Below, piece after piece: positions 1-9,667 of a DNA stretch of 64,000 nucleotides. The position numbers and the translations under genes were made by a program. The notes beneath the pieces were generated by a model that did no database searches, was not told where the DNA came from, and saw only the letters and a program-made list of their open reading frames with translations. Origin of the DNA: an uncultured Candidatus Rokubacteria bacterium (GTDB lineage: Bacteria; Methylomirabilota; Methylomirabilia; Rokubacteriales; CSP1-6). Numbering within the stretch: position 1 is the first letter of the stretch; each line of letters starts with the position of its first letter. The stretch lies in assembly GCA_963754315.1 (NCBI GenBank), contig CAVWFS010000019.1, positions 640,001 to 704,000 of the forward strand, in the 5' to 3' direction.

Positions 1-493
1 CCATGTGTGGCCACACGAAGCTCTGCACGTTGGCGAGGATCTGCTTGAGGTGGTTGCGGTCGTGGTGCACCCACTCGTGCAGAAGATCGGCCACCCGCAG
101 GTAGCCGACCGTCGGGTGGTGGCCGCCCCGCGCCAGCTGGTCCGGGCCGAGGCGTCGAGCCAACACCACCCCTTCCTCGCGCAGGACCGCGAACGTGCGG
201 AGGAGATCGTGGACATCGCGCTCGCAATCGCGCCGCTCGCGGGCCACCGCACTCTGATCCCACGTCTGAAGCTGGGGATCCGGGGCGTCGAGAATGATGC
301 GAATGCGGCCCGAAAAGCCACGCTGCTCGGCCTCGATCAGGTGCCCGATCACCTCCTTGATGCACCACTCCCCCGGGGCCGGGTGCCAGCTCATGAGCAA
401 TGCCGGAGCGGCAGCCACCTCCGCCCGCAGCGAGGCGAGCGCTCCCTCCAGGAGGCTCCCCGCGTCACCCGGCGTCAGTAGGGTGGTCGCCAT
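1..493 (-). CDS. DinB/YfiT-family putative metalloenzyme (3' end runs off the window)
   Basis: Not in the ORF track because no stop lies in the window. Manual translation from ATG 493: MATTLLTPGD...GEWCIKEVIGHLIEAE...LLHEWVHHDRNHLKQI, showing the DinB W-x-x-x-E-x-x-x-H and H-D-x-x-H motifs. Directly downstream of the ACAD pair. Confidence 0.85.
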   Translation of the reverse strand, partial: MATTLLTPGDAGSLLEGALASLRAEVAAAPALLMSWHPAPGEWCIKEVIGHLIEAEQRGFSGRIRIILDAPDPQLQTWDQSAVARERRDCERDVHDLLRTFAVLREEGVVLARRLGPDQLARGGHHPTVGYLRVADLLHEWVHHDRNHLKQILANVQSFVWPHM

Positions 494-505
494 CTCGAGT
501 GTCCC

Positions 506-1627
506 TCAGGCCGCCGCCGCCCGCAGCACTAGCTCACGATGGAAGTCGGCATCGCCGTACTGTACCTCGAGGGCCTTGGCACGCTTGAAGTAGAGGTGCA
601 GATCGTACTCCCACGTGAAGCCGATCCCGCCGTGGACCTGAATGGCCTCACCGCAGACCTTGCGAGAGGCATCGTTCACGTAAGCCTTGGCTACCGAGGC
701 GGCCAGCGGCGCGTCGTCGGCGCCGGCATCGAGGGCCCACGCCGCATAGTAGGTCGCCGCGTGGGAATTCTCGACCTCCAGCAGCATCTCGGCGCACTTG
801 TGGCGGATGGCCTGGAACGAACCGATCGGCTGGCCGAACTGCTCGCGAACCTTGGCGTACGAGACCGCCATGTCCAGGCAGCGGCGGGCGGCACCCAGCA
901 TCTCGGCGGCGGCGGCCACCGCACCCCGCCGCAGCAGCGCCTCCAGCAACGGCCTCGCTCCGCCCGGTGTCCCCAGCACGGCGTCCGCCTCGACGGCGAC
1001 GCCGTCCAGGGTGACCGTGCCCAGCCGGGTCGTGAGATCGATTCCCGTCATCATGGAGAGCCCGAGCTTCCGCGTCGAGGCCGGCTCCACCAGGAAGAGG
1101 GTGAGCCCCTCCGGCGCCCGCGCGGAGACCAACATGACATCGGCCACCTGCGGCCAGGGGACGAACTGCTTGAGGCCGGTGAGGACCCAGCCGTTTCCGC
1201 TGCGCGAGGCGTGGGTGGCAATCGCCTCCGGCGCCCAGTCGAGGCCGCGCTCCAGCAACGCCAAAGCACCTCGGGCGCTCCCGTTGGCCAGGGCCGGAAG
1301 CCATCGACTCTTCTGAGCCGGACTGCCCTCCGCCAGCAGAGCGTAGCCGGCCAGGGACGTTGCCAGATACGGGCCGGGAAAGGCAACGCGCCCCATCTCC
1401 TCCAGGAGGATGGCCGTCTCCACCATACCGAGCCCGCTGCCCCCAACCTCCTCGGGCAGCGCGAGCCCGAGCCAGCCCAGCTGAGCGATCTCCTTCCACA
1501 GCGCCTCGCTCTCGCCGCGTGGATCGTCGAACATCGCGCGAACGAACTCGGGCTTGCAGTGCTCGTCGAGGAAGGCGCGGGCGGAGTTCTTGAGCAGTTG
1601 CTGGTCCGAACTGAACGAAAAATCCAT
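506..1627 (-). CDS. Acyl-CoA dehydrogenase family protein (likely non-catalytic partner subunit)
   Basis: MDFSFSSDQQLL start, REQFGQPIGSFQAIRH and IQVHGGIGFTWEYDLHLYFKRA motifs; short C-terminus. Confidence 0.92.
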   Translation of the reverse strand: MDFSFSSDQQLLKNSARAFLDEHCKPEFVRAMFDDPRGESEALWKEIAQLGWLGLALPEEVGGSGLGMVETAILLEEMGRVAFPGPYLATSLAGYALLAEGSPAQKSRWLPALANGSARGALALLERGLDWAPEAIATHASRSGNGWVLTGLKQFVPWPQVADVMLVSARAPEGLTLFLVEPASTRKLGLSMMTGIDLTTRLGTVTLDGVAVEADAVLGTPGGARPLLEALLRRGAVAAAAEMLGAARRCLDMAVSYAKVREQFGQPIGSFQAIRHKCAEMLLEVENSHAATYYAAWALDAGADDAPLAASVAKAYVNDASRKVCGEAIQVHGGIGFTWEYDLHLYFKRAKALEVQYGDADFHRELVLRAAAA

Positions 1628-1637
1628 CGCACTCTCC

Positions 1638-2852
1638 TCACGCCTTCATGCGGTCGGCCCGGACTTCCTTGGGTAGGCCGAGCACCCGCTCGCCGATGAC
1701 GTTCTTCTGGATCTCCGAGGAGCCCGAGTAGATGGTACCGGCCCGGGACCACAAGTAGGCGTAGGCCCACGTCCCCCGCACCCCGGACGAGGAGTCGATG
1801 TCTAGCGTGAACTCCTCGAGCCCGCCGCCTTCTGTCACCTGGCCATAGGGGCCGAGGATCTCCTGGCACAGCTCGTAGTACCGCTTCTCGAATTCGCTGT
1901 AGGAGAGCTTGGTGATCGACGAAGCCGCCCCGGGCTCGGCGCCCTTTTCGAGGGCGGAGAGCACGCGCAGCGCCGCGTAGCGCTGGACCTCCAGGTCCGT
2001 GTAGAGACGGCCCATCTTGATGCGCACGACCGGATCATCCAGCAGCGGGCGGCCGTGCCGCTCGAGCTTCCTGGTCGCTTGCACCAGACGGTCGAAGGCC
2101 GCCTTGTAGCGCGTGATGCGACCGAGCGAGTTGCCGCCTCGTTCGTAGCCGAGGGTGGTCTGAGCGATCTCCCAGCCCTGGCCGAGGCGGCCGATGAGGT
2201 TCTGCTTCTCCACGGTGGCGTTGGTCATGAAGACTTCGTTGAACTCCGCTCCGCCCGTGATCTGCTTGAGCGGGCGCACCTCCACCCCAGGCTGACGCAT
2301 GTTGAAGAGGAAGCACGAGATGCCCTTGTGCTTGGCGACCCGAGGATCGGTGCGGGCGAGCAGGATGCCGAAGTCGGCGATGTGACCACTGCTGGTCCAG
2401 ATTTTCTGGCCGTTCACGAGAAAGTGATCGCCCTTGTCCTCGGCCAGGGTGCGTAGGCTGGCCAGGTCCGAGCCCGAATTCGGCTCGGAGTATAGCTGGC
2501 ACCAGATCTCCTCGGCGGTCAGGATCTTCCGGAGATACCGCTGCTTCTGCCAGTCCGTACCGTGGATGATGATGGTCGGCCCAATGAACCCGATGCCGAG
2601 GCCGTTGATGGGCGCGGGCGCGTTGGCGCGGGCCATCTCGTCGGCCGCGATGGCGATCCGCATCGGCCCGAACGCATGCCCACCGTACTCCTTGGGCCAA
2701 TGCATTCCGACGTAACCCGCCTCGTACATGGTGCGGTGCCATTGCTTGCGCTCGTCGAGGGTCTTCAGCTCTTGCCGCGGCACGTTCGCTTCGAGCCAGC
2801 GCCGGGTTCTCTCACGAAACTGTAGATCCTCCGGCGAATAGTTCAGATCCAT
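1638..2852 (-). CDS. Acyl-CoA dehydrogenase family protein (catalytic subunit type)
   Basis: WCQLYSEPNSGSDLASL, NGQKIWTS and TIYSGSSEIQKNVIGERVLGLP motifs. Confidence 0.93.
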   Translation of the reverse strand: MDLNYSPEDLQFRERTRRWLEANVPRQELKTLDERKQWHRTMYEAGYVGMHWPKEYGGHAFGPMRIAIAADEMARANAPAPINGLGIGFIGPTIIIHGTDWQKQRYLRKILTAEEIWCQLYSEPNSGSDLASLRTLAEDKGDHFLVNGQKIWTSSGHIADFGILLARTDPRVAKHKGISCFLFNMRQPGVEVRPLKQITGGAEFNEVFMTNATVEKQNLIGRLGQGWEIAQTTLGYERGGNSLGRITRYKAAFDRLVQATRKLERHGRPLLDDPVVRIKMGRLYTDLEVQRYAALRVLSALEKGAEPGAASSITKLSYSEFEKRYYELCQEILGPYGQVTEGGGLEEFTLDIDSSSGVRGTWAYAYLWSRAGTIYSGSSEIQKNVIGERVLGLPKEVRADRMKA

Positions 2853-3025
2853 GCGCTCGTCCTTTCTTGGAATGGGCGGCTTCGAAAGGGCACCCCAACC
2901 CCCCGACTCCTGGAGTATAGCTCTGACCTCGGTCCCAGCACGGTTGGGGTCTGCGCGGTTGCCGCGGGGGGCGGTCGTCGCCGATGATCCGGGTCGAGCG
3001 CAGAGTCATCTTGGAGGAACGGTCG

Positions 3026-4081
3026 ATGGGGAAGTCGGCGATCGCGGGGCAGGCGCAGACGGTGCTGGGTCCGGTGGCAGGGGAGGCGCTGGGAATCACG
3101 CTTCCCCACGAGCACCTCCTCATTGATTTCGCGGTGATGTTCGTGGAGCCGGCGGCGGCGAGTCAGAAGGGTCTTGCTCACCAGGCGGTAAGCCTGGAGA
3201 ACCTCGGGTGGGTGCGCCAGAACTTCAACGCGAACCTGGACAACCTCCGCCTCCTCGACGAGGAGACCGCTCGCAGCGAGGCACTCCTCTTCCAGCAAGC
3301 GGGCGGCCAGACCATGGTGGACCCCACCAACCGGAGCCTGGCACGCGACCCCTGCGCCCTGGCCCGCATCGCGCGGGCCACGGGTCTGCACGTGATCATG
3401 GGCTCCGGCTACTACGTGGCCGCCGCCCATCCCTCCGACATGGATCGTCGCACGGTCGACGATATTGCCCGGGAGATCATCGGTGACGTCAGAGATGGAG
3501 TCGGCGACACCGGGATCCGCGCCGGGCTCATCGGCGAGATCGGTTGCACATGGCCGTGGACGGCGAACGAGAAGAAGGTCGTGCGGGCGGCGGTGATTGC
3601 CCAGCGCGAGACGGGCGCGCCGCTCATGATTCATCCCGGGCGGCACGAGCAGGCGCCCATGGAGATTCTCGAGCTGGTGCGGAGCGAGGGAGGCGATCTC
3701 TCCCGCACGATCATGTGTCACATCGACCGGACCATCGCCGACGAGCAGCGCGTGCGGGACCTGGCTGCCACCGGCTGTTATCTCGAGTACGACCTCTTCG
3801 GGCTCGAGACCTCCTGGTACCCCTACAACCCGGATTTCGACATGCCCAACGACGGTGGGCGCATGCGCCATATCCTCGGTCTGATCGAGGCGGGTCACAT
3901 GCGCCAGATCCTCATGTCGCACGACATCGCCTACAAGAGCTCCCTCACCCGCTATGGCGGCTACGGATACCATCATCTGCTCGTGAACGTGGTGCCGCGC
4001 CTGCGCCGCAAGGGGCTCGACGACACTGCGCTCCGCACCCTGCTCGTCGAAAACCCCACGCACGCGATGGTGTTCGTGTGA
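3026..4081 (+). CDS. Phosphotriesterase-related (PTER/PHP-type) amidohydrolase
   Basis: TLPHEHL, LIGEIG, IHPG, CHIDR and MSHD metal ligands. GGAGG SD before ATG 3026. Confidence 0.9.
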   Translation: MGKSAIAGQAQTVLGPVAGEALGITLPHEHLLIDFAVMFVEPAAASQKGLAHQAVSLENLGWVRQNFNANLDNLRLLDEETARSEALLFQQAGGQTMVDPTNRSLARDPCALARIARATGLHVIMGSGYYVAAAHPSDMDRRTVDDIAREIIGDVRDGVGDTGIRAGLIGEIGCTWPWTANEKKVVRAAVIAQRETGAPLMIHPGRHEQAPMEILELVRSEGGDLSRTIMCHIDRTIADEQRVRDLAATGCYLEYDLFGLETSWYPYNPDFDMPNDGGRMRHILGLIEAGHMRQILMSHDIAYKSSLTRYGGYGYHHLLVNVVPRLRRKGLDDTALRTLLVENPTHAMVFV

Positions 4082-4083
4082 CC

Positions 4084-6540
4084 TTACGCGCGGGGACGGG
4101 AGCCGGTGGGATCGTAGGGCGGGCGTCGATGGACGGTGGCACTCATGCGCTCGCCGGCGACCTCGAGCTCCCAGCGGCCGGCGGCGACGTAGGGATCGGT
4201 CACGCCCGCTGGGTGGTAGACGTAGCCCATGGCAACGGCGCGCCCTAAGGTGTGGCCATAGGCTCCCGAGGTAGTCCGTCCCACGAGGACGCCGTCGCGC
4301 CAGACGGGCTCGTTGCCGAAGAGCAGTGGTTCAGGATCGGTCAGCGTGAACACGAGAAGCCGCTTGGTGAGCGGCGCTTCACGCTGACGCAGGAGAGCTT
4401 CGCGGCCTATGAAGGCCACCCGCTTGTCGAGGGCGACGGCAAAGGTCAGCCCCGCCTCCGGCGGGGTGTCCTCGCTCGAGATGTCGTGCCCCCAGGACCG
4501 ATAGGCCTTCTCGACGCGCAGAGAATCCATGGCGTGGTAGCCGGCCGGGCGCAGACCCAGTTCGTCGCCTTCGGCGAGGAGCGCCTCGAGGACGTGAACG
4601 GCGAACTCGGCCGGAACGTACAACTCCCAGCCGAGTTCGCCCACGTACGTGATGCGGAGCGCCCGTACGGATGCTCCTGCGACCTCGATCTCCTGCGCGG
4701 TCGCGAACGGAAAGGCCGCGTTGGAGAGATCGGCGTCGGTCAGGCGCGATAAGAGCGCCCGTGAACGCGGGCCCATCAGTCCGACGGTGGCGAAGGCGCC
4801 GGTGCGATCGACCAGAGCGACGCGGGCCGAGTCGGGAAGGTGGCGCCGGATCCAGTCGAGGTCGTGCTCGGCAACCGCGGCCCCGGTGACGATGAAGTAA
4901 CGGTCCGCCCCGAGCCGGGTTACCGTCAGGTCGCACTCGATGCCGCCTCGCTCGTTGAGCATGGCCGTGTAGCGGACGCTGCCCGGTGGCCCTCCCACGT
5001 CGTTGGCGCAGAGGCGCTGGAGGGCGGCCTCCGCGTCGGGACCATCAAGCTCCCACTTGGCAAACGAGCTCTGATCGAAGAGTCCCACCGCCTCCCGCAC
5101 GGCCCGGTGCTCCTCGGCGGCGTGGGGAAACCAGTTCTGGCGATCCCAGCTGTACCGGTACGCGGGTTCCACGCCAGACGGGGCAAACCAGTTGGCCCGC
5201 TCCCATCCCATCACTTCCCCGAAGCAGGCCCCACGTGCCGCCAGTCGATCGTGCAGTGGCGAGCGGCGTCGCCCCCGCGCCGTCTGCATCTGCCGGGACG
5301 GCCAGTGCATGGCGTAGAGCAACCCGACCGTCTCCACCACGCGCTCGCGCAGATAGCGCGTCTCGTTGTGCAACGGCGCGAAGCGGCGAAGATCGACCTC
5401 CCACAGGTCCATGGTCGGCGCGCCCTCCACGATCCACTCGGCGATGGCGCGCCCCGCTCCCGCCGCAGAAGCGATGCCGGTGGAATGAAAGCCGGCCGCC
5501 ACGAAGAAGCCGCGCACCCCGGGCGCCTCTCCCAGTAGGTACCGGGTATCAGGGGTGAAGCTCTCGGGCCCATTCAGGAGCTGTTTCACTTCGGCTCCTA
5601 CCAGGCACGGCACGCGCAGATGGGCGTTCTCGATGAAGACGCGGAACTGCGCCCAGTCCTCATCGAAGAGCGAGAAGGCGAAGTTCGTCGAAATGCTCTC
5701 GACCGGCCGAGGCTTGGCCACCGGCTCGAAGCCCCCCATGACGAGGTCGCCCTCGCGTTCACGGAGGTAGATGTGCCCGTCGGCGTCGCGCAGCACGGGC
5801 AAGGTAGGCGGAATCGCCGCGCGAGGCACGGCCACCATGTACATGTGCTCGGCTGCGAAGAGGGGCACCGCCACACGAGCCGTGCGCGCGATCTCCCTCG
5901 CCCACAGACCGCCGCAGTTGACGACGGTCTCGCACGCGATCCGGCCTCCCTCGGTGAGCACGCCGCTCACCCTGCCGTGCTGAACCTCGATCCCGGTGAC
6001 GACCACATCTTCCAGGATCGTCACCCCGCCCCGCCGAGCCCCGGCCGCCAGCGCGAGCGCCGTCTGGCCCGGGTTCGTCTGGGCGTCACCGGGAATGTGG
6101 ACGGCTCCCACCAGATCATCCGTTCGCATCAGGGGCCACAGCTTCCCCGCCTCGACAGGACCGATCGCCGCCACCTCGACGCCGAAGCAGCGCGCCATCG
6201 AGGCCAGACGCCTGAGCTCGGTCATCCGCTCGGCCGTGCGCGCCACGCTCACGCTGCCGTTGCAGCGAAAGCCAGTGGCCACACCGGTCTCGGCTTCCAG
6301 CCGCCCGTACAGCTCGACTCCGTAGCGCGAGAGCCTGGTGAGGTTCTGGGTGCTCCGGACCTGGCCGAGGAGCCCCGCCGCATGCCAGGTGGTCCCGCAC
6401 GTGAGCGATCGACGCTCCAGCAGTACGGTCTCGCGGGCGTCGAGCTTGGCGAGGTGGTAGGCGACGCTGCACCCAGCGATGCCCCCACCCACCACCACCA
6501 CCCGTGCCTGCGTCGGGAGGGCCGATGTCGTGTGTGTCAT
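4084..6540 (-). CDS. GcvT-family FAD-dependent oxidoreductase (dimethylglycine/sarcosine dehydrogenase-like)
   Basis: VVVVGGGIAG Rossmann motif, GTTWHAAG, NGPESFTPD, RITYVGELGWELY and SLRVEKAY. Start placed at ATG 6540. Confidence 0.92.
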   Translation of the reverse strand: MTHTTSALPTQARVVVVGGGIAGCSVAYHLAKLDARETVLLERRSLTCGTTWHAAGLLGQVRSTQNLTRLSRYGVELYGRLEAETGVATGFRCNGSVSVARTAERMTELRRLASMARCFGVEVAAIGPVEAGKLWPLMRTDDLVGAVHIPGDAQTNPGQTALALAAGARRGGVTILEDVVVTGIEVQHGRVSGVLTEGGRIACETVVNCGGLWAREIARTARVAVPLFAAEHMYMVAVPRAAIPPTLPVLRDADGHIYLREREGDLVMGGFEPVAKPRPVESISTNFAFSLFDEDWAQFRVFIENAHLRVPCLVGAEVKQLLNGPESFTPDTRYLLGEAPGVRGFFVAAGFHSTGIASAAGAGRAIAEWIVEGAPTMDLWEVDLRRFAPLHNETRYLRERVVETVGLLYAMHWPSRQMQTARGRRRSPLHDRLAARGACFGEVMGWERANWFAPSGVEPAYRYSWDRQNWFPHAAEEHRAVREAVGLFDQSSFAKWELDGPDAEAALQRLCANDVGGPPGSVRYTAMLNERGGIECDLTVTRLGADRYFIVTGAAVAEHDLDWIRRHLPDSARVALVDRTGAFATVGLMGPRSRALLSRLTDADLSNAAFPFATAQEIEVAGASVRALRITYVGELGWELYVPAEFAVHVLEALLAEGDELGLRPAGYHAMDSLRVEKAYRSWGHDISSEDTPPEAGLTFAVALDKRVAFIGREALLRQREAPLTKRLLVFTLTDPEPLLFGNEPVWRDGVLVGRTTSGAYGHTLGRAVAMGYVYHPAGVTDPYVAAGRWELEVAGERMSATVHRRPPYDPTGSRPRA

Positions 6541-6637
6541 CACCGTGGCGAGATGCGCGGTGCCATGATCAGAGGGCGCGTCGTTCTCGTCGCGATCAGG
6601 TCGCGCCGGCGTCTTGCCGCGTATAATCGCCGACGCT

Positions 6638-7528
6638 ATGACCACCTGGATCGAGACGTACCGAGGGGCCGTGTATCGGTGGGAGGTCGACACCGTCGAT
6701 CACTTCACCGTTGCTTTCTACTTCCAGCGGTTTGCCGATGCGAGCCTCGCCCTCCTGGGCACGCTCGGGCTGGGGCCCACCTATGTGGCCGAGTCCGGGC
6801 GGGGTTGCGTTCCCGTCGACAGTTACGTGCGCTACATGAAAGAGCTGAGGGCGGGGGACATCCTGCACGTCGAGAGCGGCGTCATCGGCGTCGATTCGAC
6901 GGGTGTCGCCATCGGGCACAAGCTCTTCGATACGGGCAGCGGGGCTCTGTGCGCGACCGTGGAGGAGCGGACGCGGCACATCGAGCTGGGTACGCGCGTC
7001 CCCCGCCCGCTGCCTAGCGCGGCCGAGACCAGTGCCCGCACGCAGCTGGTGGGCTGGGACGGACCCCCGCGCGAGCACCGTGCCCTCCCGCTGGGAGACG
7101 AGGGCTTCCTGGTGGCGGCCCAGGAGTTTGTCAAACCGGGGGAGATGGATGTGTACGGCCAGAGCGCCCCGCCCTTTTACATCCACCGCTTCACGGCGGC
7201 GAACGGCCACGTCTTGGCCGCCTTCGGAATGACGCCTGCCTATCAGCGCGAGCATCACCGCGGCTTCTCGACCTTCGAGTTTCAGCTTGGATTTCCGGGG
7301 AGGCTTCGCGCGGGCGATATCGCTCTCGTGAGAAGCGGGCTCCTCCACGTGGGCACGTCGTCCATGCGTATCTTCCACCGGATGCACAACGGGCAGACTG
7401 GGGAGATCGTGGCAACCTTGGACCAGCTCGGCGTCCATCTCGACCTGGACGCGCGGCGCCCGGCTCCGATCCCCGACACGCTTCGCGAGCGGGCGCGCGC
7501 CCTTCAGGTCACGATGACGTCCACCTGA
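6638..7528 (+). CDS. Tandem (double) hotdog-fold acyl-CoA thioesterase
   Basis: Two 4HBT-like repeats (WEVDTVDHFTVAFY...ELRAGD; GEMDVYGQ...RLRAGD...HLDLDARRPAPIP). TATAAT at 6622-6627. Confidence 0.8.
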   Translation: MTTWIETYRGAVYRWEVDTVDHFTVAFYFQRFADASLALLGTLGLGPTYVAESGRGCVPVDSYVRYMKELRAGDILHVESGVIGVDSTGVAIGHKLFDTGSGALCATVEERTRHIELGTRVPRPLPSAAETSARTQLVGWDGPPREHRALPLGDEGFLVAAQEFVKPGEMDVYGQSAPPFYIHRFTAANGHVLAAFGMTPAYQREHHRGFSTFEFQLGFPGRLRAGDIALVRSGLLHVGTSSMRIFHRMHNGQTGEIVATLDQLGVHLDLDARRPAPIPDTLRERARALQVTMTST

Positions 7529-7574
7529 CGGAGCCCAAGACGAGCCGACCTGCACGGGGCCTCGGCGACCGCGG

Positions 7575-8760
7575 TCAACCGCTCCCAGCGGCGATGGCCC
7601 CGGCCGCGGTGAGGCGCTCGATCTCCGTTCCGGAGATTCCCAGTTCGCTCAGGACCTCTTGCGTGTGCTCGCCAAGAAGCGGGGCGGGGCGTCGGATGGT
7701 CGCCGGGGTGGCGGAGGCCCGGAACGGGAAGCTCAGCATCCGCACCGTGCCCTGCCCCGGCTGGTCCACCTCGGTGATACAGCCGAGGTGCTTGACTTGC
7801 GGATCCTCGAACACCTCGTCGAACTCGTAGATCGGTCCCACCGCCACCTGCACCTTCTCGAAGCGGTCCACCCACTCGGCGGTCGTGGCCGTACCGAGCT
7901 GCGTCTCCACCCGGGCCTTGAATTCGGCGTGGTGGGCGAGCCGGTCGTCGTTGGTCGCGAACTTGGGGTCGGATGGGAGCTCGGGATCGCCGAGCCCCGC
8001 GCAGAAGCGGTCGAATTGCTCCGGTCCGGTGAGCACGACGTTCAGGTGTCCGTCCTTGGTCCGAAACGCTTCGGCCGGAGTGAGAAACGGGTTGCGGTTG
8101 CCGACGCGGGTAGGCGGCTTCTCGGTGTAGAAGAAGTCGGCGATCGGATCCGGCAGCATGCCCATCATCGACGCGAGCAGGTTCACGTCGAGGTACTGGC
8201 CCTCCCCCGCGCGAAACCGGTGCACAAGGGCGGCGTTGATGGCCCCGAAGGTCAGGAACGAAGCGGCCAGGTCGGCGATGGAACCGCCTGGCCGAGTCGG
8301 AGGATCCTTGGGCCACCCGGTGAGAGCCATGACCCCACTCATGCCCATGGCGATCGTGTTGTAGCCGGGCCGCCTGGCATAGGGGCCAGTCTGGCCGAAG
8401 CCGCTCACCGAGGCGTACACGATGGTCGGGTTGACTGCGCGGACGGTGTCGTAGCCGAGTCCGAGCTTGGCCGCCACGCCCGGCACGAAGTTTTCGATGA
8501 TCACATCGGCCCGACGAGCCAGCTCGAAGGCGACCCGGGCGCCGTCGGAATGTCGCGAGGTCGATGGCCACCCCGCGCTTGTTACGGTTGCACGCGGCAA
8601 AGATGGCGCTCATGCCTTTCCCGCCACGGAGCCATCGCATGTCGTCGCCTCGTCCTGGCCGCTCCACCTTGATCACGTCGGCGCCGAGGTCGCCAAGCAT
8701 CATGGCCGCATAGGGGCCGGCGATGATGCGCGACAGATCCAGGACGCGAAGCCCTTTCAT
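7575..8760 (-). CDS. CaiB/BaiF family CoA-transferase, split by a single-base frameshift near 8555
   Basis: N-terminus MKGLRVLDLSRIIAGPYAAMMLGDLGADVIKVE...NRNKRG in one frame; ADVIIENFVPG...APLLGEHT in the next. ATGA overlap with the crotonase stop. Confidence 0.88.
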
Positions 8761-9503
8761 CACGGCCCACGCTCCAGGAACCCCTCGGTCATGGCGTTGA
8801 CCTCCGGGGTACTCGTGCGGGCGATGGTGTTGATGCGCGCCTTCATCTCGGCGAGGGGGCGGAACGGCTTGGCCAGCAGCATGTCGGTGAACGCGCGGAC
8901 GCTTGCCTCGAGCTCTGCCCTCGGCACCACGCGTGTGAGGAGCCCGAGCGCGAGCGCCTCCGCCGCCGAGTACCGGCGACATTCCATGATGATCTCCTTC
9001 GCCCGGGCCGGCCCTACCATCCTGACGAAACGTGTGGTAGACGCGACACCAAGGGGGACCCCCAGATCGACCTCGGGGATCCAGAACTGCGCTTCGCTGG
9101 CAGCAATCCGGAAATCGCAGGCTAAGGTCAGGCCCCATCCACCACCGACGGCGTGGCCGTTGATCATGCCGACGGTGGCCTGCTCCAGGTTCTCGAGGAG
9201 CGTCTGGGCACGCTCGAAGAGTCGGCGGAACTGGGTCTTACGCTGGGTGAAGGCGTGGCGCCGTTCCTCCGGGGACATCGTCGACTTGAGCCCCGCGTCG
9301 GCCCCGGCCGAGAAGACCGGTGGGGCGCCCGTGACGACGACGACCCGCGTGCTGGGATCATCACGCAGCGCGGCGAAGGCGGCCGCCAGCTCGGTCAACA
9401 TGGCGTCGCTGAGCGCATTACGACGCTCGGGGCAGTTCAGGGTTACAGTGGCGAGGGGACCCTCCCGAGCGAGGGTGACGTTGGAGCGGACGGGGGCGTT
9501 CAT
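8760..9503 (-). CDS. Enoyl-CoA hydratase/isomerase (crotonase) family
   Basis: TLNCPERRNAL, FSAGAD, GHAVGGGWGLTLACDFRIA and PEVDLG motifs. Confidence 0.92.
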   Translation of the reverse strand: MNAPVRSNVTLAREGPLATVTLNCPERRNALSDAMLTELAAAFAALRDDPSTRVVVVTGAPPVFSAGADAGLKSTMSPEERRHAFTQRKTQFRRLFERAQTLLENLEQATVGMINGHAVGGGWGLTLACDFRIAASEAQFWIPEVDLGVPLGVASTTRFVRMVGPARAKEIIMECRRYSAAEALALGLLTRVVPRAELEASVRAFTDMLLAKPFRPLAEMKARINTIARTSTPEVNAMTEGFLERGP

Positions 9504-9667
9504 CGGTTCCGGCCGACCCTAGCACACGGGTGCTGGACCGGGCAATGCGCCCCCCGCAGAAGGCCCACTTGCGTCTGGGGCAGGCGCGGCTATAATCCCT
9601 CAACTTTCCGGTTCTCGGCCAGGAGGCAACCGCCCGTGATCGCAACGACGCCTAGGGTGAGGCGGCC

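Noticed and set aside
5..481. Plus-strand 158-aa ORF in the track
   Set aside because: It is the antisense shadow of the minus-strand DinB gene
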